This document shows positions 60,048 to 64,000 of a DNA stretch of 64,000 nucleotides, in pieces. Numbering within the stretch: position 1 is the first letter of the stretch; each line of letters begins with the position of its first letter. The DNA is from Spirochaetia bacterium. Lineage in GTDB: Bacteria; Spirochaetota; Spirochaetia; CAKZLE01. The stretch spans positions 192,001 to 256,000 of the forward strand of contig OY782041.1 in assembly GCA_963677595.1 (NCBI GenBank). Reading direction: 5' to 3'. A program made the position numbers and the translations under genes. The notes beneath the pieces were generated by a model, which was not told where the DNA came from, did no database searches, and saw only the letters and a list, made by a program, of their open reading frames with translations.

Positions 60048-60635
60048 TTACCATAGTAGGGATGTTTTCAGGATCGGGAGGATCGGCAGGTCCGTATCCT
60101 CCGTATAGTCCCCGATAAAGGCATATCCGTGCAGTCCCACCGAGAGGACTGCCCCACCAACAGGTCCACTGAACCCGAAACCACCGCCGCCGAAGATGAT
60201 CCCGCCGGAGAGAGATTCAGCCAAAGTGATCCCTGTCCCATTACCGAAGATCCCAAGATTAGTGAAGTCAGCCTCGACGTAGAATGAACTCGGGGAAGAG
60301 GAGAGGTGGTATCGTGCCCCTGCCTCAGCGACATAGACGAAGATGAACTCATTCCCTTCGATCATCTGCGGGAGGATCATTGCCGTGAAATAGTTCAGCG
60401 GCGCGAAGGTGACCTGGGCATCGAGCCTGTCCGTCAGCCCATAGGCAGCCGTTATGCCGAACGGCGCGATCTTGAGGACCTCCACGTTCGGGATCGGCAG
60501 GGCATACATCCCCAGGCCGATCCGCAGGTCCCCTTCCCTTCCCGCATCCATACCATACGTATCCGCACTGTAGAGCGGCAGGACTGCAGCACTCAGCAGG
60601 AACACCGCAGCTATGATCATCAGTCTGTTTCTCAT
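60048..60635 (-). CDS. Predicted outer-membrane beta-barrel protein
   Basis: Signal peptide, amphipathic Gly/aromatic strands (EAGARYH), C-terminal Trp. Confidence 0.65.
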   Translation of the reverse strand: MRNRLMIIAAVFLLSAAVLPLYSADTYGMDAGREGDLRIGLGMYALPIPNVEVLKIAPFGITAAYGLTDRLDAQVTFAPLNYFTAMILPQMIEGNEFIFVYVAEAGARYHLSSSPSSFYVEADFTNLGIFGNGTGITLAESLSGGIIFGGGGFGFSGPVGGAVLSVGLHGYAFIGDYTEDTDLPILPILKTSLLW

Positions 60636-60802
60636 TACTCATTTCCTCCATTACTACAAGGAGAACCTGCCTCCTCATACGAAGTTACATCTCACGTTGA
60701 AACAAACGTTCAAGGGCCCTGCTGCATGCTGGGATCTGGCTTCTAGCCCAGGATCTTCAGGACTTCAGACTCTGGGAATTCTGTCACACGTGCACTCAGG
60801 TA

Positions 60803-61705
60803 TCAATCAGCCAGGGTATCCTGGAGTTCCCTGATGGCATCTTCACTCAATCCTGTGATATCAGCGATATCAGGGGGAGACATCCCCTTAGCCAACATTC
60901 GCTTTGCAATCGCTTTCTTTTCTTCCTCTACGATCGCCTTCTCCCGAGCCAGGGCATCCTGTACTGCCAGCCTTCGCTGTTCCTTGTGGTACCTGCTCAC
61001 ATCCTCATCGCTTATGTGTATCATCTGATCTACCGCCTTGTCGAAGATCGCGTTCCGTTGACAGAGTTCCTCGAGCTGTGTCTCATCCTCCAGCCTGAAG
61101 AATGTCGTCCACTGATCCCTCAGGCTCTCGGGATCATCATGGTCCATACGCTTAAGCTCCACGAAGACCATCTCCATGAGATCCGTGAACTCTTCTTTCG
61201 TCTCCCGGTCATGGAAGGTCATGTGCCGTATATAGGACCTGGTCGTATCCGGCTTCTCTTCGTAGTTCTCTCCGTCCTTATCTTCTTCCGTCTCTATCAG
61301 ATTATAGCACAGAAAATTGAGAGTTATAGCCTTGCCGAAATCGGCAGGCCGCTTTCGGCAGTCTCCCTTCTTGATCTGGCTTGAGTAGAGGCGGGCAAGG
61401 TAATGCAGGCTGCGGGGCATGATGTCAAACTCATTACGGACCTGGACCTCGACGTTGATATGCTCGTTGTTCGAGGTGAGGACCCGCAGGTCGAGGCGGA
61501 AGAGCTTGTCATCGGGGTATTCCCGCTCTATTTCCGTGGTCATGATCGTGATGTCCTCCGGGCTCTCCGCGGAGATGTCGAGGTAGGCGGTGAGCAGGGA
61601 GAGCAGCAGGTCCTTGTTCTCCTCCTTGGTGAAGATCGCCTTGAAGACGATGTCACTGGTAAGCGGCAGCAAGGTGCTGTTCCCGTACTTGATCTCTTTA
61701 AACAT
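60803..61705 (-). CDS. Rpn family recombination-promoting nuclease (PD-(D/E)XK)
   Basis: SDIVFKAIF, RLDLRV, INVEVQ, C-terminal IAKRMLAKGM..IADITGLS. Confidence 0.9.
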   Translation of the reverse strand: MFKEIKYGNSTLLPLTSDIVFKAIFTKEENKDLLLSLLTAYLDISAESPEDITIMTTEIEREYPDDKLFRLDLRVLTSNNEHINVEVQVRNEFDIMPRSLHYLARLYSSQIKKGDCRKRPADFGKAITLNFLCYNLIETEEDKDGENYEEKPDTTRSYIRHMTFHDRETKEEFTDLMEMVFVELKRMDHDDPESLRDQWTTFFRLEDETQLEELCQRNAIFDKAVDQMIHISDEDVSRYHKEQRRLAVQDALAREKAIVEEEKKAIAKRMLAKGMSPPDIADITGLSEDAIRELQDTLAD

Positions 61706-61790
61706 GCGGGTTCCTCCTGTGTTCGTATAGCTACTACAAACAGGATTTAGTTAGATTTGATTTAAAAAATGCTGCGATCGATGAAAAAAA

Positions 61791-61963
61791 TATGACTGTA
61801 GTTGAGAAGTCACAGATGCTATCCTATTCTTGACGGAGAATGGGAACCGGTGATCGGATAATACTCCTTTGTGACGGATGCTGAACTTTCAGACATACCT
61901 CAATCAAAAAGATACACTGCCCGATCATTGTAGACTACTTGGAGACTTCCCGGGGAATTCTCC
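61791..61963 (+). ncRNA. Orphan copy of the IS110 bridge-type RNA with altered target guides and truncated donor loop
   Basis: Ungapped 156/173-nt identity to the reverse complement of 36198-36370; no transposase follows. Confidence 0.8.
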
Positions 61964-62035
61964 TGACAGTCTTACTGCGGCTGGACGATTCCGGCATCCG
62001 ACCAGTTGAACAAACCTACCGTTCCGGTATAATCC

Positions 62036-62938
62036 ATGGGTATGGAACAGATTCTCGGACAGGCCCTGGCACTGGTCATAGCAGTATGCTGGGCACAGAA
62101 CTCCCTCGTCTTCTCATATACCGGCGGCAGGATCGGAGCGAACACCACAGCCCATGTCAGGCTGTGGATTGCGCTGCCGCTCATCCTTGCCGTCCACAGG
62201 ATCTGGCTTGGCTCCTGGTTACCGCAGGGATACGGATTGGAGACCTGGCTCCCCCTCGGGCTCTCCGGGGTACTTGGCTTCTTCATAGCGGACATCCTGA
62301 TCTTCCAGTCCTACGTCCTCCTCGGCCCGAGGGAGACCCTCGTGATCCTGACGACATCGCCCATCATCATCGCTCTCCTCTCTGCGGCATTCCTGCAGGA
62401 GGCATTATCCCGGATGCAGGTCTTCGGGATCCTGACGACGGTGGCAGGGGTCATGTGGGTAGTACATACGGAGACGGAGAGACGCAGGAAGGAGCAGCGG
62501 CACAGCCTCAAGGGCATCCTGGCGGCACTCGGCGGGTCAGTCACCCAGGCAGCGGCCATGGTCCTCTCACGGGCAGGGATGGATGAAGGGATCCATCCGC
62601 TCTCCGCTACGGTGATCAGGATAAGCTTCGGGTTCATCGGGCTTGTGGTGATGGTGATCCTGCAGGGAAGGTTCATCGATGACTTCAGGAAAGCCGGATC
62701 TGTGAGGATCCTCCTCCTGATCACGGCAGCCGTGGCTGCAGGTCCCATCATAGGCATCAGCCTCACCCTCTATGCCATAACCCTCGCCCCGGTGGGAGTC
62801 GTGACCGCGATCAGCCAGATCAGCCCGATCCTCCTGCTTCCCGTCGAACGGTACGCCTTCGGGAAGAGGATCGGCCTCAGTACCCTTGCGGGCACGGCCG
62901 TCGCGATCTCAGGCACGATTATCCTGATCGCAGCCTGA
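62036..62938 (+). CDS. DMT/EamA family transporter
   Basis: 10 TM segments in two EamA repeats. Confidence 0.9.
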   Translation: MGMEQILGQALALVIAVCWAQNSLVFSYTGGRIGANTTAHVRLWIALPLILAVHRIWLGSWLPQGYGLETWLPLGLSGVLGFFIADILIFQSYVLLGPRETLVILTTSPIIIALLSAAFLQEALSRMQVFGILTTVAGVMWVVHTETERRRKEQRHSLKGILAALGGSVTQAAAMVLSRAGMDEGIHPLSATVIRISFGFIGLVVMVILQGRFIDDFRKAGSVRILLLITAAVAAGPIIGISLTLYAITLAPVGVVTAISQISPILLLPVERYAFGKRIGLSTLAGTAVAISGTIILIAA

Positions 62939-63005
62939 ACGAGAAGACCTATATTTCGGCTTCATTACGCTTGCGTACGGCTCTCAGTGGCTGTATCATA
63001 AAGAT

Positions 63006-63503
63006 ATGGGTAGCTGTACGTATGACGATTCATTCCTATTCTCACACAGTCTCTTTGGCGGCCTTTCCTGTGAGGAGATAGATTATATCAGGGACTGCTT
63101 CAAGGAGGAGGTGTATGAGGGCGGACAGCTCATCCTCACCCAGGGGGAACCCAACAACAGGATCTTCTTCATCCTCGAAGGGGGAGTCGAGATCCTGAAG
63201 CACCCCGTGGACCTGGGAGATGCAGATCGGCTCATCTCGACCCTGATCGCGGGGGATACCTTCGGGGAGATGGAACTCATCGACATCCAGCCCTGCGCCG
63301 CCTCAGCCAGGGCTGTAGGCAGCACCACGGTCCTGACGTTCACCAATTACGATCTCTACCGCCTCTCCAAGACCCACCTGAAGGTCTATGCCATGATCAT
63401 CATGAACCTTGCCCGGGAGATCAGCAGGCGGCTGCGCAAGACCGACCAGGACCTGGCTGAGATCATGTACGAGACGCAGAAGCAGATCACCTCGTTCGAC
63501 TAG
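63006..63503 (+). CDS. Cyclic nucleotide-binding domain protein (Crp-like, no HTH)
   Basis: [33 protein letters not shown]. Confidence 0.88.
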   Translation: MGSCTYDDSFLFSHSLFGGLSCEEIDYIRDCFKEEVYEGGQLILTQGEPNNRIFFILEGGVEILKHPVDLGDADRLISTLIAGDTFGEMELIDIQPCAASARAVGSTTVLTFTNYDLYRLSKTHLKVYAMIIMNLAREISRRLRKTDQDLAEIMYETQKQITSFD

Positions 63504-63850
63504 AAGGTCCCCGAGATCCTGTTATCATCATCAACGATCACCACTGACGGCGTGAAGGCATCTGCCTCCTCTTCCGTCATGGAGGCGTATGCGACGATGA
63601 TCACCTTGTCCCCGGGCTGCACCAGCCTGGCGGCTGCCCCGTTGAGGCAGATCTCCCCCGGCTCCCCGTTGATGATGTAGGTCGTGAGCCGTGAGCCGTT
63701 CGTGATATCGAGTACATCGACTTTCTCATATTCCCTCATATTGGCAGCCCGGTAGAGTGCCGGGTCGATCGAAATCGAACCGACATAGTTCAGGTCTGCC
63801 CGTGTCACCGTTGCCCGGTGTATCTTCCCTTTGAGCATCTCTATCGTCAT
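63500..63850 (-). CDS. panD: Aspartate 1-decarboxylase
   Basis: [16 protein letters not shown] (pyruvoyl cleavage), ICLNGAAAR. Confidence 0.97.
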   Translation of the reverse strand: MTIEMLKGKIHRATVTRADLNYVGSISIDPALYRAANMREYEKVDVLDITNGSRLTTYIINGEPGEICLNGAAARLVQPGDKVIIVAYASMTEEEADAFTPSVVIVDDDNRISGTF

Positions 63851-64000
63851 GGATTCATCTCCTGTGCAGTATAGATCCCTTCCAGGACCAGGTCAGGAAG
63901 GATCTGGTCGAACAGACCCGATGCGGTGAACAGACCGGAGAACCCCCCGGTCCCCAGCACGACGGTCTCCCCGCTGGAGAACTGCTCCTGCTTCAGCCGG
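63847..64000 (-). CDS. coaX: Type III pantothenate kinase, C-terminal fragment (runs off the window)
   Basis: Translates ...[12 protein letters not shown]...PDLVLEGI...; stop overlaps the panD ATG. Confidence 0.8.
   Translation of the reverse strand, partial: RLKQEQFSSGETVVLGTGGFSGLFTASGLFDQILPDLVLEGIYTAQEMNP

Noticed and set aside
61691-61714. AAGAGATC half-site at the Rpn start, identical to the IS110 target right half
   Set aside because: The left half at the required spacing is GGAACCC, not ATGAGAA, and there is no CA core.
61781-61790. ATGAAAA just before the orphan RNA resembles its left guide ATCAAAA (6/7)
   Set aside because: Low-complexity match that needs an assumed 12-nt deletion, and no right half-site lies downstream. 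Suggestive of a remnant origin but not supportable.
1-64000. CRISPR array or cas genes
   Set aside because: No regularly spaced direct repeats or Cas-like ORFs were seen.

Overview
Bacterial chromosomal window, roughly 57-58% GC by eye. Gene content (short AlaRS, dimeric GlyRS, 'FAxGQ/FARG'-type signal peptides, small outer-membrane barrels) points to a free-living anaerobic spirochaete. Most of it is housekeeping and metabolism: NfnAB, prfA-prmC-rel, ychF/hflX, rlmN, four aminoacyl-tRNA synthetases, tRNA-Phe, pdxST/pdxR, panD/coaX, maltodextrin and sugar-phosphate ABC systems. The standout is a complete IS110-family element (34802-36380, minus strand) inserted at a CA core in codon 4 of a pyridoxamine-5'-phosphate-oxidase/NimA-like gene. 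Its ends form a TTGACA-17-TAGTAT promoter only when joined as a circle. Its left end encodes a bridge-type RNA whose four guides can be read directly against target and donor, with half-sites separated by a 9-nt unpaired spacer. About 25 kb away (61791-61963) is a transposase-less copy of this RNA, 156/173 nt identical. It has rewritten target guides, structure-preserving stem changes and a truncated donor loop, and lies divergent to an Rpn PD-(D/E)XK nuclease. It is a candidate stand-alone trans-acting retargeting guide. Several other intergenic structured-RNA candidates, a hyper-acidic microprotein and frequent leaderless genes were also seen. All calls are by-eye motif and pairing analysis; no database searches were run.
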